Of a DNA stretch of 64,000 bases, positions 13,194 through 25,619 are shown piece by piece; the stretch's first letter is position 1, and every line of letters starts with the position of its first letter. Origin of the DNA: Euprymna scolopes. Taxonomy: Eukaryota. Position numbers and translations under genes: made by a program. The stretch lies in assembly GCA_053919585.1 (NCBI GenBank), contig CM132795.1; one strand, given 5' to 3'. The notes below the pieces were generated by a model. That model ran no database searches, was not told where the DNA came from, and was given only the letters and a program-made list of their open reading frames with translations.

Positions 13194-13596
13194 TGGAGAC
13201 TTCTGAACTTTAAAGCACGAAGGTGTGTTCACGATTACTCCGGGCTTAAAATAACAAGTAGTTCCGATACGAATCTGTAAGCAACTCTTGCGTTGTTGCT
13301 AGCCACATTGATCTACCAAAGAATGTTATTTATTTACTAAATTTTAGATAGTATTTGTTTAGGGTACGCCGATAAGGAAATACGAACTTTGTGGCGTTTT
13401 ATTTTGCAGGGTGTTTATCTTTTTAGCTAGACATTTACTGGTGGTTATAAATTCGCAACAAAGTTGTCACTGTTAGTTTTTGCAAGCGAGTGGTGTCCCC
13501 TCACTTACTTCACCTGAAATTTCTTAATGGTGAAAACCTCGCTCAACATTGGCTAGTTTTGATCTAACAAAAACCAATGTCACCAGGATATCAGAT

Positions 13597-13635
<39 letters not shown>

Positions 13636-13637
<2 letters not shown>

Positions 13638-13850
13638 ATACTACATAAGGGTAACTCGTTGTAAACGGATATATTCAAGAGGGACAAGTTGTGTATCGAG
13701 TGAACTGATAAGCAAATGAATAGTTTCAAGTGTAAATAGTCCCTGCTCTTGCAAACCAATTTTTAATATTTTAATTTTTTCTAGAATATCCAAATGCAAG
13801 CAAATTATCTTTCTACCTAGCTCGATAAGTTTTATTTTAAATCTAACACA
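13636..13850 (-). mobile_element. PLE GIY-YIG C-terminal relic between two (TA)n tracts
   Basis: Minus strand NWFARAGTIYT*N resembles the WIxxLxTxxPxGLN terminus of PLE endonucleases; bounded by (TA)n on both sides. Confidence 0.35.
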
Positions 13851-15751
13851 TATATATATATATATATATAAAGAAAACACGTAATGCAAAATCTGTAATT
13901 AGTGTCAGGAAATTGTAGTCAGTTTCGAACCATAGTTGGATTAGTAAATTAATCAAAAACACTAGCATTTAATTGTCTTATGTTAGGCGGGAATCGAGGA
14001 TCGAACTGGATCATTTCAGTTCATCTGAACTGGACAGACTATACTGTACAATTTTAATTGACAAATACTTTAAATATGTAAAAAATACTAAAGTTATACA
14101 GATACGTTGAGAAGCAACATAGGCTGCGTTAGCAATATTTACGGAGCCGTTAGAAACTGAACCCTTAATTCTTTTAACTAAAAATGAAGAGCTACGAGTG
14201 GTGCCATTAAAACGATAGGTGTTTCGACTCCTTCCTTACTATTGTCAATTCAATTTTGCCTGAAATTCAAAAATGTACCTCTGCTTTGGACGCATGTCTA
14301 TGATGAGGGTTGCTTTCTGAGTCTCGCAACGTTAATATCTGAAACAATAGGACGAGACTTTAAGGTCACGAATGCATCAGTTCAGTTGCAGCAATCTAAT
14401 TTGAAATATTCTTCGATTCATTCTGGTAGAATAAATATAGGAATTTCTAGGACGCCTCTCGTATTAGCAATTTATTTTTTACCCCCATTTTGCGCTTTGG
14501 TAGTTATTCTAGAAGACCATTGGATTTTTGCCGACAAATGTGTAATTTCATTCAGTGTCTGTTGCACCACGGAGACAGTCACAGTAAAACGTGTGCAATG
14601 ACTTAAAGCAAAACTTAGGAATGATTTATTTGTATAATTCTACATTTCTCTGGGATATGTCTCAATCAGATTCGAGCTAGGTACGTAGGTCACTTGATGA
14701 TACAGTTTACGTTTTAGGTAGATGGTGCAACAAGATCAGTCGGGGTAGAACTTGGGTAGTGCTAGATTATCTAAATGGACCACTCCAGAGGAGTTTCTTT
14801 TATTAAACTTAAGGACTACCAGGTTACAATAAACTTGAAAGCTGGTGCTACCAGATAAGATTGTCTCAAGATATTAGCTTCCTGAGACGATACACACCAA
14901 AAGTTGCTTTTTTTTTTCCTTTTTGCAAAACCAAATAGAGATCAACAACATACCTTTTACTCCTTTTCGTTCTTCCCATTTCCTCTTGGCTAGTTTTCTA
15001 ACTTAAAATATAGCAAACATTAAAACTGTAACCATTTTCTCTCTCCCATTGCAGAATTCGTTCATGTTTTGAGAAACGGAACAAAAACTATAAAATCCAA
15101 AGTAATCAAACCAAAATAGCGATTGAAGATACGTAAAGGTTGATTTCATTAACTATAAAGTTTGAATATATTTAAAAAATTAGATTGTTAAATTAAGTTG
15201 GTCTAAAATTAAAGGTGTTATATATATATATATATATATATTCAATCGAAATTAGATTGTAAAATTATGATTCAAATTTTAAAGTTAATGAAATCCTTAT
15301 ACTATAAATAAACGTAGGGGGTAGCAAAATGAGAGTTAAACGTGAACTCGTGATGCATATATATTTTTCACTTTCTGTTCAAAGTACAAAATATAAATAC
15401 GTTCTTTTTCGGATTTTTCTTTTGAGCACTCTGCTGGACTTTTTTCCAACAAAAAAAAACTTGTGTGTTCACAAGTGACGGCACGGTCCTTTACAAATTC
15501 GTCCATGCAATTTTGAACACCACCGCCGAATCGACAAACCACAAACAAATACCGTTGAATCGACACACTCGTTCCCAAGCAGGACCGAACAATCTCGCCG
15601 AATCGACACGCCGCGATACGAAAATATAATAACGCGAGACAACTTATCACATCAGTGTATTTCACCCCCCCACACACACACACCGAATCACTTATCGGCT
15701 TGTTCTTTTTATAGCCGTCGGGCGAAATTAAATCCTAACTTTGGGGTAAGA

Positions 15752-15990
15752 TGGGTGTAGTTCATTAGTGGACTTGATTTGTAATCGGAAAGCTCCGGGT
15801 TCGATTTTCATCGCAGTTCGGCTCGACTCGTGCGCTTCCGCACACGCTTGGCACGGACAATAGCATATTCCTTCATGGTTTTGATTCTGGGGTGTGTATC
15901 CGTTGATATATGCGTTTATATCGCGATGTGGTTCTCGGTTGATTAACTGTGCCTAACTCGGTCGGATATATACTCGAACCAAAACAATAT
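15752..15990 (+). mobile_element. tRNA-derived SINE
   Basis: A-box-like gtgtagttcattagtgg and B-box gggttcgattt at tRNA-like spacing; A-rich end. Confidence 0.5.
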
Positions 15991-16394
15991 TTTGACATAG
16001 ACCTAGTCATAAGTAATTTGAGCTATATTCCTTATTCAATATATTAATATAGCGGTGAAAATACAGAAGAAATAAAATCTTAGAACACAGTTTATATAAA
16101 ATGCATTAGAAATGCTTCCACTACTACTGTTAATCTATGGAAACTATTTGTAAGATGTTTATCAAATAATTTCTACAAGTTCAAATACTGTTATTTAAAT
16201 TGTATGTTCAATATCCTGTAGTTGTGTTCCCCTCTCTGGATCACACACTTAGCTGGTGACAGCCGAATGAGAATTGTTCTTGCAGCATAAATCTATACTT
16301 CCCGCAAAATATTTGAAACGAAGACTCGCTTAACCACAACTCTAAATTAGAATTACTCTATTTGTAGTCAGAACTGAAATATTCCATGAGCAGA

Positions 16395-16800
16395 GTTTCT
16401 TTTCTAGAATTTCCTATCTGTAGAACAAAATACAGTAGGGTTGTTTCCTACTTTATTATTACATGGTCATTTCCAAGTATAATAACCGTCTCTTGTTTAA
16501 CCATCCTTTTTTGAAATTCAACCTTAATTTCCATATTATCGACCATAATGATGTTGTCTATCCGAGCATCTGGTACTTATTACCCTTCCACCGCGAGTGA
16601 GCTTTAGTCTTTAATAAACGGTGATCCCTTCTCCCCGTCTTTGTAAGAACAAAAAAAGCCGGCATATCAAGGGCACTGTTATTGAAGTACCCAATCTGAT
16701 TTCGTCGAAACCTTGTAATGAATACTTCCATGAATACGATGCAATAGCCAACTGGGATCTGGCGTGAAGTCATTCAATTCCCATTGTCAGATATTCTCGG
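16395..16800 (+). pseudogene. PIF/Harbinger transposase relic
   Basis: Ordered degenerate motifs PICRTKYSRVVSY, HG-x-FQ, HND...SG, GDPFSP...PAYQG, Q-x-x-F...L and NWDL-EVIQF match the Harbinger DDE domain layout (PICRP..QR.Y / HDS..SG / GDPAYPL..P.QG / VEW.FG). Confidence 0.6.
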
Positions 16801-17274
16801 GTGACGTATCGTATTCGCAAGTATTAACACGTCAAATACATTGTTAGACACGGTAGCAGTTAAATGTTTTGCATTTGTTTTTTGTTTTTTTTTTCTCATT
16901 TTCGTTTTAGGATAGTCTAAAAATCGATAATCTCTCATCGCTAAAGAAACGATGTTTGTTTATTAGGAAAAGGTTAAGGGTCGGCGGTTCACAAATAAAA
17001 AAAATGTGTACACATGTGTGCATATAAATTGTCTAATAGCTGATCTGTCTTTGCTTAATAATATTGCCGTCAGCTGTTGTATATTAAAGTATTAGTTTCT
17101 ATCTCAACTTCGAACATCATTACATTCAAGAGTCGATGTGAAAATCTCTGGTTTAGAGAACTTAAAAATAACGAAACTGGAGCAAGCGATGGTTTTTAAA
17201 TGTCTGGTGTTGGGTGTGGAATCTCTTCAACTAATTGTCTTATCCTTATTTAAAAAAAAGTTGCCATGCATATT

Positions 17275-17720
17275 AAAACTGGGTTGTCTTGTCTAAACAT
17301 TCTTATTAAAACCAGGCAGATTGCCTTGCCCCATCCGCTATTAAAATGGGGTGGGTGACTTACCCCCCCACACACCTTCTTTTAAAAACGAGTAGTGGCT
17401 TACCTTATTACTTATTAAAGCTGGGCATTGACTCCCTCGATATTTTTAATCTTCGATCCAACTTTTTACGAACAACTTGATAGTTTTTCTTTTTAGATTA
17501 AAAAAAAATATATCTATTTTCTGGTAAACGCTTATCGAGTGGCTTTCTGTCTTTCAGCATTGGTGACTTGTAAAAACTGATTATTTGGAAAGCTTGTTGC
17601 CTTAAGAATGGTCTAGATATGCCGGTACAAAGTGGCTTGTCTTGCTCCACCCGCTGTTATTAATAATCATGGGATACTTGGTCTCATCACAGCTGGGCTG
17701 CTTTACACCCTCTGTTTAAA
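17275..17720. repeat. Old degenerate tandem repeat
   Basis: Recurrent (t)aaaactgg(g)-tggcttg(t/c)cttgccccacccgct-like units. Confidence 0.45.
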
Positions 17721-17972
17721 ACGACTTATGCAAAAATTCAACAATTTCTCCTCGATAGGCTATTAATCTCTACCAAATAGCATTTTTTTTTTCAATATAA
17801 TCAGTCACTGCTGTATTTAGTCATTCAACTAACTTTCATGAAACATTTCTGAAGTGTGTACATGAAAATCAATAGATTGAATCCATTATGTCCTGTTCAA
17901 TTAATGGATTACTTGTTTTTATTCTAATTTAATGGGAATAAACAGCATCCAGGTCATGTATTTTATATTATA

Positions 17973-18466
17973 CTAGCAAATGTACCCGCTGATGTCCGGT
18001 ATAAACTGTAACGTACATTTCCTTAAATAAATGAAGTAATAATAAAAACGGAAAGAAACAGACCTGTGCATGAGTACTTTTCCTAAGTAAAAAAAAAAAA
18101 TACCTGAGTTGAGATTGAATTCAAACCAAAACCTAAAATGAGTAAAGTACGATAACCCTTAGGCCAGCTTGTCACAAGTGTTTTCGAACCTTATAATAAA
18201 TAAATGGAAGCTATGTGAACAATTCGCACATGCGCAGTCGTGAAACATTTGGAAAACAGAAAAAATCAAACGCCCCCCCCCGCAAGTGCTAATTTTGTTC
18301 GTTTTGCCACCTTAGCCGCCTCTTTTGTACGGATAGAAAACTTTTTAAAACGTTTTCCACATGTCTGAATACACTATATACCAAGTCAAGTGTGTTGATC
18401 AAATAATCCATGTGACTATATAGGGTGAGTTGTTCTCTCGCACACATTCTCACTTTCATTCATAGA
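17973..18466 (-). mobile_element. Non-autonomous Helitron
   Basis: a|CTAG plus hairpin-like acccgctgatgtccggt at the left end, atagA|t at the right end (5'-TC...CTAG-3' on minus strand, AT target). Confidence 0.65.
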
Positions 18467-18712
18467 TACCATATTTGTTAGTTTGCCTTGTTACTTTTCC
18501 TAGTGCTAACGGTACTTTAAGAACATCGTGTCTTTCAGTGTTGCTGTTAAACTTATTAAGCTAGACAGGTTTATCAATAGAAAAAAAAACTTGTCTCGTT
18601 ACAATGCCAATATCATGTAACGTACTAAAGTTTTGTAACAAATTCGTTAATTAGGAATGTACTGCAAGGAGTCTAAGTTTATTAAACGCACGTTTTAGAA
18701 TATTTTACTAAA

Positions 18713-19155
18713 CTAGCTCGGGTGTCCGGCATTGCGCAGGTGTTTGGAGGTGTTAAAAAAAAAATGGTAGTGGGCAGGCAGGCTCGAACCAGTACCGCGA
18801 AGGAGGGAAAGAACGTACGTGAAAAAAGTGACCTGTTTGCTGTTGCGTCTATCGCCAAACCGGAAGTGACATAGATTTAAATAAAGTCCAGCCAATCGAA
18901 AAGAGGGGATGACTTTAAAAATATCGGCGAAAAATCGACCTCTCCTTGTAGAAAAACGCCCACCTGGGTGTGTAGGAATTAATGTTTGCTTGTGTTTTTT
19001 TTGTTTGTTTTTTGCCAATTTATTGATATTTGTCGTCCGAAGGGTCGTGCTTCAAAACGATACCGATCTCGTAAAAATCCGTCGCCGCTGTCGAAACTTT
19101 CACGCAGACATACATACATACATAATTTAAACACGGGTGAGATTTATATTATATA
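18713..19155 (-). mobile_element. Non-autonomous Helitron, family H1
   Basis: CTAG terminus with subterminal hairpin; high similarity to 29868, 36456, 43384 and 51560 (gccaaaccggaagtgac, atatcggcgaaaa, tttgtcgtccgaagggtc). Confidence 0.85.
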
Positions 19156-19414
19156 TTCTTTCTTGCAAAAAGTTCAGCTACGGACAGGTGTACACACATA
19201 AGGTGCCACTTCTCTTATAAATGAACTATAAAAGTATTAGATAGACCTGCTGCGTCACAACACTATATATTTTTTTTATTTAATTAGAACAATTATAACG
19301 TATGATACATGTTTAAACATTCTTATCCACGCCGCTAAAAACAAGATTAGTTCTCTGTGAAAGCTATAGAAGGGGCATTGTTTTGCATTTTAATTTGCAT
19401 GTGTACGTTGTATA

Positions 19415-19642
19415 GACAATGTGATAAAAACGAAGGTGAAAAGACCTAAAATCTCGACGTTTCGCCAGATTAGTAAGTTGTTTGTATTTTTTTCAAAAGT
19501 ATGCAGAGATTTATTCGTACTCTTGAGTATAACCTTTTCGTCGATACTAATAAATCCCTACATTTTAACTCTTGAGAAAGCCGCACTAAACGAGCGAAAC
19601 GTGGAGTTTTTAGGTCTCTCCCTCCGTTTTTATCTTATCGTC
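19415..19642. mobile_element. Inverted PLE pseudo-LTR fragments with degenerate hammerhead
   Basis: 19423-19465 is the inverted copy of 19594-19634; actc-ttgagaa-agc...gc-GAAA-cgtg-gagt at 19568-19607. Confidence 0.55.
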
Positions 19643-20667
19643 AGATTTTTAAATCCTATTTTAATTATACTCTCAGTATGAAACGCCATTTTTTATATAA
19701 AAAAAAGCTGCGAAAATATACCAGCACACTAATCGCATTCCACTACAACACGACCATGGGACGCTTTCAATTTAAATGCATTGACGAGAAGGTTATACCC
19801 AAAAGTACTAATAAATTCCAATATTTTTAATTTGTTTATATATGGTTAGGTTTTTTTTATCCTATGTTAATTATAGACAATGTAGAAATTAGATAGTCCA
19901 GCATAAGTAACCATTCATCTAGTGTGATATTATCACCACGGTAACAGTATCAAAAATCTTTCTATCATATACAAGCATCTTTGTCTCTGTAAGAGTTCGG
20001 CCTCTATGGATTTAAAAACGAGTGGGCTGGATTAAAAAAAAAATACAAGATTGTATTGACCTGTCTGGGAGTCCCCGTGCGTATGGGTTTATCGGAACGC
20101 ATTTGATAGTATTACTAATCGACAGAAATCCGATTGAAGGAATGTGTATCAAAGTTAACACTTTTATACAACCTAACTTCACAAATGAATTTGAGAATTT
20201 TTTTTTTCACCGCACAAACAGAAATGGACAGCCTATACAACCAACTGTATGTTTTTTTAATGACAGGGGTGCGTTCGAAATGAACGTTTTTTTTTCTTTA
20301 GAGCACAATTGAACCAGGATACTGGACTTTTTGTATTTTAAACTCAACGCGAGTGTCTTATTTACTGATGACTTTATAAAAATCAATAGTTGTTTCTGTA
20401 CAATTCAATGTAAACTACAATGTATTCTGGATTGTCACTGCGGGAAGACGTTTAGCTTTCTCCCGATATATTACGAGATAAAGCAATTAATTTGATTTTA
20501 AAATGTGCGATTTCAGTGATTTCGATGGCAATATGTGTATGGGAGGCTGGAACAGATTTCATTTAATCTAAATTTCAAGTTTTGAATACATTTATATTTT
20601 GTGTTGATTCGCTAACCTTCTGTTTGTATGCGAATCGTTCGTATTGTCATTAAGTTTTCTATAAATA

Positions 20668-21146
20668 CTAGTGAAGAGCGCCTGACCAAGCTGTGAAATG
20701 AGTTTAAATATATTTGAATTTATGCAAATTTTGTATTTGAGCCAATTCTCTATTAAATATTACATTCTACCTAGTACTGATGACAAGATTAAGAAAAAGA
20801 CTTCGATTCTATCAGCTAACATCGAAACAAAAACAATTATAGCTGCCCTTCTTACTGCTTGAGCTACCGACAGGTAGAGAAGTAAAACTTAGTGAAGTTA
20901 CTAAGTTATTAATTTGCGCATGCGTAAAAATAAAACATATCCGTAAGTTGAAATCATTTTGCATTTAAACTTGATGTATTTCTCTACCTGTTAATCCAAT
21001 CAAAGATTAGGTGTTATAAACCGTCCTTTGTGTGTGATTACATTTTCCTGTTAATTTTAGTGTTATGTGACGAGTAGATTAAGGGTTTATCGGTTAAATA
21101 TTTAGATACGCGCACATACAGACCTCAACTGCTATATATTAATAGA
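20668..21146 (-). mobile_element. Non-autonomous Helitron
   Basis: a|CTAG left end, tatattaataga right end, tgcgcatgcgtaaaaa shared with the 27110 family. Confidence 0.55.
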
Positions 21147-21584
21147 AAAGTGGATTCGGGGTTCAGTTTCAGTATCTTCAAAACTCCATCTTCCCGTACT
21201 GTCTTTTATTTCTCACATTCCAAGAGTGATGTTTCTAGCGAAAGGGGGAGAATTGGTGTTTTCTGGTTTAGACTTTATCAATCTAACACTTATAGGAACA
21301 TGCCTTTTTAATGTAGCATGTATTTAAGCAAACCACACGCACATCCATACATATATCTTTTAACCAACGCATCAGTTGTCACCCCTGTGGTAACCTCCAC
21401 TTTGCCCAACAGGTGGTGCTCCCTTTTTCTTCTTCCGTTTTCTTTCTTTACACTCGAGACGGTTGACAACACGTGTTTGCCTTCAATTCAAACCTCAAAT
21501 ATGCGTGGTACGCAAGTTCGTCCACGCCTCGATAGGGCGTTTATCGTTTCTGAAAAAGGGTTCGTGCAAACAAAATCTAACACA

Positions 21585-21670
21585 CACAATGAACTTCGAA
21601 GTTATGCTTCTATGAACTCTTGCATACACAATGAACTTCAAAGTTATGCTTTGACGAACTCTTGCATACA
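21585..21670. repeat. 42-bp tandem duplication
   Basis: cacaatgaacttc(g/a)aagttatgct...gaactcttgcata, two copies. Confidence 0.9.
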
Positions 21671-21728
21671 TTCATACACGCAACGAACGTTTATCTACAT
21701 GCATGCTAGTTTATAAACACACAAACAC

Positions 21729-23060
21729 TGTGACGTTCGTAACCTTCCCGTATAAATAACTATTCCTTGTTCATATGTAAATATATATGATCCAGTTTCA
21801 GCGTGCTTTATTTATATTTCTTAAATGTACTCATAACACGCGGGATTACTGCTGATTGGTTTCTTTATTATGCTCTCCTAGTAACAACGATCTCCAACAA
21901 TCCAGCTTATTGAACACGCAGCGTATTCGCGTGGCCGGTTCATATGCGCAGCGTATTCGCGTGGCCGGTTCATATGCGCAGCGTATTCGCGTGGCCGGTT
22001 CATATGCGCAGCGTATTCGCGTGGCCGGTTCATATGCGCAGCGTATTCGCGTGGCCGGTTCATATGCGCAGCGTATTCGCGTGGCCGGTTCATATGCGCA
22101 GCGTATTCGCGTGGCCGGTTCATATGCGCAGCGTATTCGCGTGGCCGGTTCATATGCGCAGCGTATTCGCGTGGCCGGTTCATATGCGCAGCGTATTCGC
22201 GTGGCCGGTTCATATGCGCAGCGTATTCGCGTGGCCGGTTCATATGCGCAGCGTATTCGCGTGGCCGGTTCATATGCGCAGCGTATTCGCGTGGCCGGTT
22301 CATATGCGCAGCGTATTCGCGTGGCCGGTTCATATGCGCAGCGTATTCGCGTGGCCGGTTCATATGCGCAGCGTATTCGCGTGGCCGGTTCATATGCGCA
22401 GCGTATTCGCGTGGCCGGTTCATATGCGCAGCGTATTCGCGTGGCCGGTTCATATGCGCAGCGTATTCGCGTGGCCGGTTCATATGCGCAGCGTATTCGC
22501 GTGGCCGGTTCATATGCGCAGCGTATTCGCGTGGCCGGTTCATATGCGCAGCGTATTCGCGTGGCCGGTTCATATGCGCAGCGTATTCGCGTGGCCGGTT
22601 CATATGCGCAGCGTATTCGCGTGGCCGGTTCATATGCGCAGCGTATTCGCGTGGCCGGTTCATATGCGCAGCGTATTCGCGTGGCCGGTTCATATGCGCA
22701 GCGTATTCGCGTGGCCGGTTCATATGCGCAGCGTATTCGCGTGGCCGGTTCATATGCGCAGCGTATTCGCGTGGCCGGTTCATATGCGCAGCGTATTCGC
22801 GTGGCCGGTTCATATGCGCAGCGTATTCGCGTGGCCGGTTCATATGCGCAGCGTATTCGCGTGGCCGGTTCATATGCGCAGCGTATTCGCGTGGCCGGTT
22901 CATATGCGCAGCGTATTCGCGTGGCCGGTTCATATGCGCAGCGTATTCGCGTGGCCGGTTCATATGCGCAGCGTATTAGCGTGGCCGGTTCATATGCGCA
23001 GCCTAAAGAGGGGATCCAGGTATACAACCGGTATATAAACTACACACCGGGTCACCTACA
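21729..23060 (-). mobile_element. Possible solo LTR containing the 30-bp array
   Basis: Bounded by TGT...ACA; two AATAAA signals on the minus strand downstream of the array; no convincing 4-6 bp TSD. Confidence 0.35.
21917..23002. repeat. Near-perfect 30-bp minisatellite, ~36.2 copies
   Basis: Unit cgcagcgtattcgcgtggccggttcatatg; single substitution seen at 22978. Confidence 0.99.
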
Positions 23061-23914
23061 CACTTATCATTTGTTGGATTTGTACTTCAGCAAGTTTTTT
23101 TTTTTTTTTTTTTTAGTTATCTGTATCGAGTAGTTTAATGACTAGTCTGGAGGGATTTTCATAAATATCTTATTAGGTTAGAATGTCAATGAAAAAGAAC
23201 TATTTTCTTGCGGATTTTTTCACTTCATTACATTATTTACTCCTATAACTAGGATTGAGACTTGTATACCTTGGCTATGAGTAATAAGCAGAAAAACAAG
23301 TTTAGCATAACTGGGACTTACTGTTAGTATCTTAAATCTGTTAGCTGTAAGTAATATTTTAATAAGACAATTCTGTGTAGATTTTTCATTTGTTATCTGT
23401 CTATTTATTTCTCCTACATGACGTATATTTTTTAGTTTAAAAAAATCTACAAAATCGGGATATTAAAGTAAGAAACCTGAATACTGTATTTTTCATTTAT
23501 GGATAAAGAACTGCTTTAGGTAGAAAAGAAAGGCCTTTGTCTTGCGCAGCAAGTATAGTGGACCTCGTAAATAGCTGGCCTGGTTATCTGAACTACGTCA
23601 TTCTCGAGCTAGAGACAAGCAAAGTCTGAATATTTACTGTCGATAATGAAAGCGTTTAACGAAAACAAAACATTTTTAAAATGCCTTGAAAAAAGAAAGA
23701 TAAGGAGGCCGATTTACACCGAGTCTGAGCTTTTTGAATTTGTTTTGAAAAGTGAAAAAGAATTTATTCAAAAGGGGAAATTATATTTTCTGCTAAGGAG
23801 CATTGTCAAACGTTTCGTTGCTTGAATGTAAAAAAACTAAAATTTTTGGCGCAGTTTATAGAGATGTTGAATCTCTACAGTTTCAGGTGGGAATTGTCTG
23901 AAGATAGCCGTTTC

Positions 23915-24110
23915 AATCCTACCCAAGGACGGCCAGAAGTTTACTTGGCCAAAACGTGGTGAGACAACAACTATAGAAGACAGTAATTGCAGTAAATGCA
24001 GTTAAGAGATTCGGAGTTTCTATCCCGTCACGGTTACCACCTGACGAAGGCCAGATGAATAGTTGGCTGAAACGTCGTGAAACAACTACGAAAAGATAAG
24101 TCCACAAAAA
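23915..24110 (+). ncRNA. Minimal type I hammerhead ribozyme (24037-24079) preceded by a decayed second copy (~23920-23961)
   Basis: cac-CTGACGA-a-ggccag atgaatag ttggct-GAAA-cgtc-gtg: intact core, stem II and GUC cleavage triplet. Confidence 0.75.
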
Positions 24111-25064
24111 ATTAAACTAATAATATTCATCTCAATAATGAATTCCAATTAAAATAACATACATTTGGTATATTTAAAACAAATACATAAAAAAAGAAAC
24201 GAAAACTATTCAACCTATACTGAACTTGAATTATATTCAAATTTAAAATTATGTAAGTAAAATCTAACCTATTTTTGAAATAGACTAATTCTGAAAAACA
24301 TTAAATTATGAATTTAGCAAGTAGTCATTAAAACTGAATACGTTTCAATAGTTTTAAAACAAAAATAGTCTTAGGTGCCGAACTGTTTTTAAATCAAGCT
24401 TATAGAAAAGTCTGTAAAATTTATATTAAGAAAATGGTTCAACATAACGTCAGTTTTTTTTTTAAACTATTTGCAAATATAAACAGTTCAGTTTACATGT
24501 ATTTTACGTGTAGTATTTTGTTTGACTTTTTGAACGATCATAACTCTTATTATTGAACGTATTGGATATAAATTAACTTGCTGGGAAAAATAATAACCGT
24601 GGAGGTTTTTATACAAAATGTTTTAATGAAATTGATTAAAAAAAATTCAAACTCTCATCGTAGATCTCGGTGGTAGTTAAATTTTTGCTACGTTTATTGT
24701 ACTCCAACATGGAAAGTTAAATGTTTAAAAGATATGAATAATGTGAGTTTATTTTTGAAAGCACAGACTGGAAACAATCTTGACGAAGGTTTAAAAAAAC
24801 AAGTCAGTAACTTTCTTACCAAGAAAAGCTCGTTTTTAGATCCAGAAATAAAATAATTCAATGCCTGCTGTATTATTGAATAGAAAGAAAATCATTAAAC
24901 AATTTAGAAACTGCTACATGAATTAAAGTTGAGAGTGAATTAAATACACGTGAAAATAAAAATGTAAAATATTTGGACAGTTTTACCCCCTTTTTGATGG
25001 CGCGTACTGAAATTTAAACTTTTTCTTTCAATTTAAGAAAAAATAATTTTTAGACTTTTGTTAT

Positions 25065-25243
25065 TCGTATTCATCGGGTTACTGTGCTCATCTTGAATGT
25101 CATTTTCAACAACGTTTCGGTTGATGTATCTTCCGACCTTCTTCGGGTGTATTTTGTCGGACTTGAGAATTTGGACGAAATTCGGACCATAACCGTTCAT
25201 TCACTTCACGGGGGTATGGTCATGCTCTCGTTCCGGCAGCCAG
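25065..25243 (-). mobile_element. PLE-type repeat family A with hammerhead
   Basis: Minus strand cac-CCGAAGA-a-ggtcg gaagatacat caacc-GAAA-cgtt-gtt; homologous to 365-550. Confidence 0.65.
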
Positions 25244-25246
25244 AAC

Positions 25247-25335
25247 TTGTGGTGCAGTGATTAGAATACTTGCAAAGAAAATCGATTGTGAAAGTGACGT
25301 TGTCTTGAAGGGTCAAGTCTCAGTGTGGGCGATTG
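25247..25335 (+). mobile_element. tRNA-derived SINE head
   Basis: gtggtgcagtga...gggtcaagtctcagtgtgggcg, homologous to 1470-1570. Confidence 0.55.
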
Positions 25336-25619
25336 TAAAATACTACTGCAAATAACTTAACCTCTATCCTGGACAGAAGTCCGATGAATCCAAATAATAT
25401 TTAAGACGGTTTTCTTAAACACCTCGGCAATTTCTCTAAAAACTGACATTGAAATTTCGTAATAGTTCGTACTGTGGCAGTTCTATTTATTTTATGACGT
25501 TAGCAGGTTATGTGACTTGGTAATACCGCCTTCTATTCTCGAATTATTTACACACTTAACAGCCGGACTGACGTATAACCATTTGTCTTTATAATTCCCG
25601 TCAATGTACTTAGTTTGAA

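Noticed and set aside
14242-14601. 119-aa ORF or possible RT relic
   Set aside because: No convincing motif on either strand
15752-15830. Functional tRNA gene
   Set aside because: A/B boxes are present but there is no pairable acceptor stem or cloverleaf; treated as a SINE head
20778-20805. CTGATGA...GAAA as a hammerhead
   Set aside because: No pairable stems I-III; other isolated CTGATGA hits (20365, 26430, 36134, 59395) also lack the structure
21917-23002. CRISPR array
   Set aside because: Contiguous identical units with no unique spacers, no cas genes, and a eukaryotic context
21846-23133. Four long ORFs (361-425 aa) as protein-coding genes
   Set aside because: They arise because a 30-bp unit lacks stops in five frames; there is no synonymous variation between units and no splice or homology support
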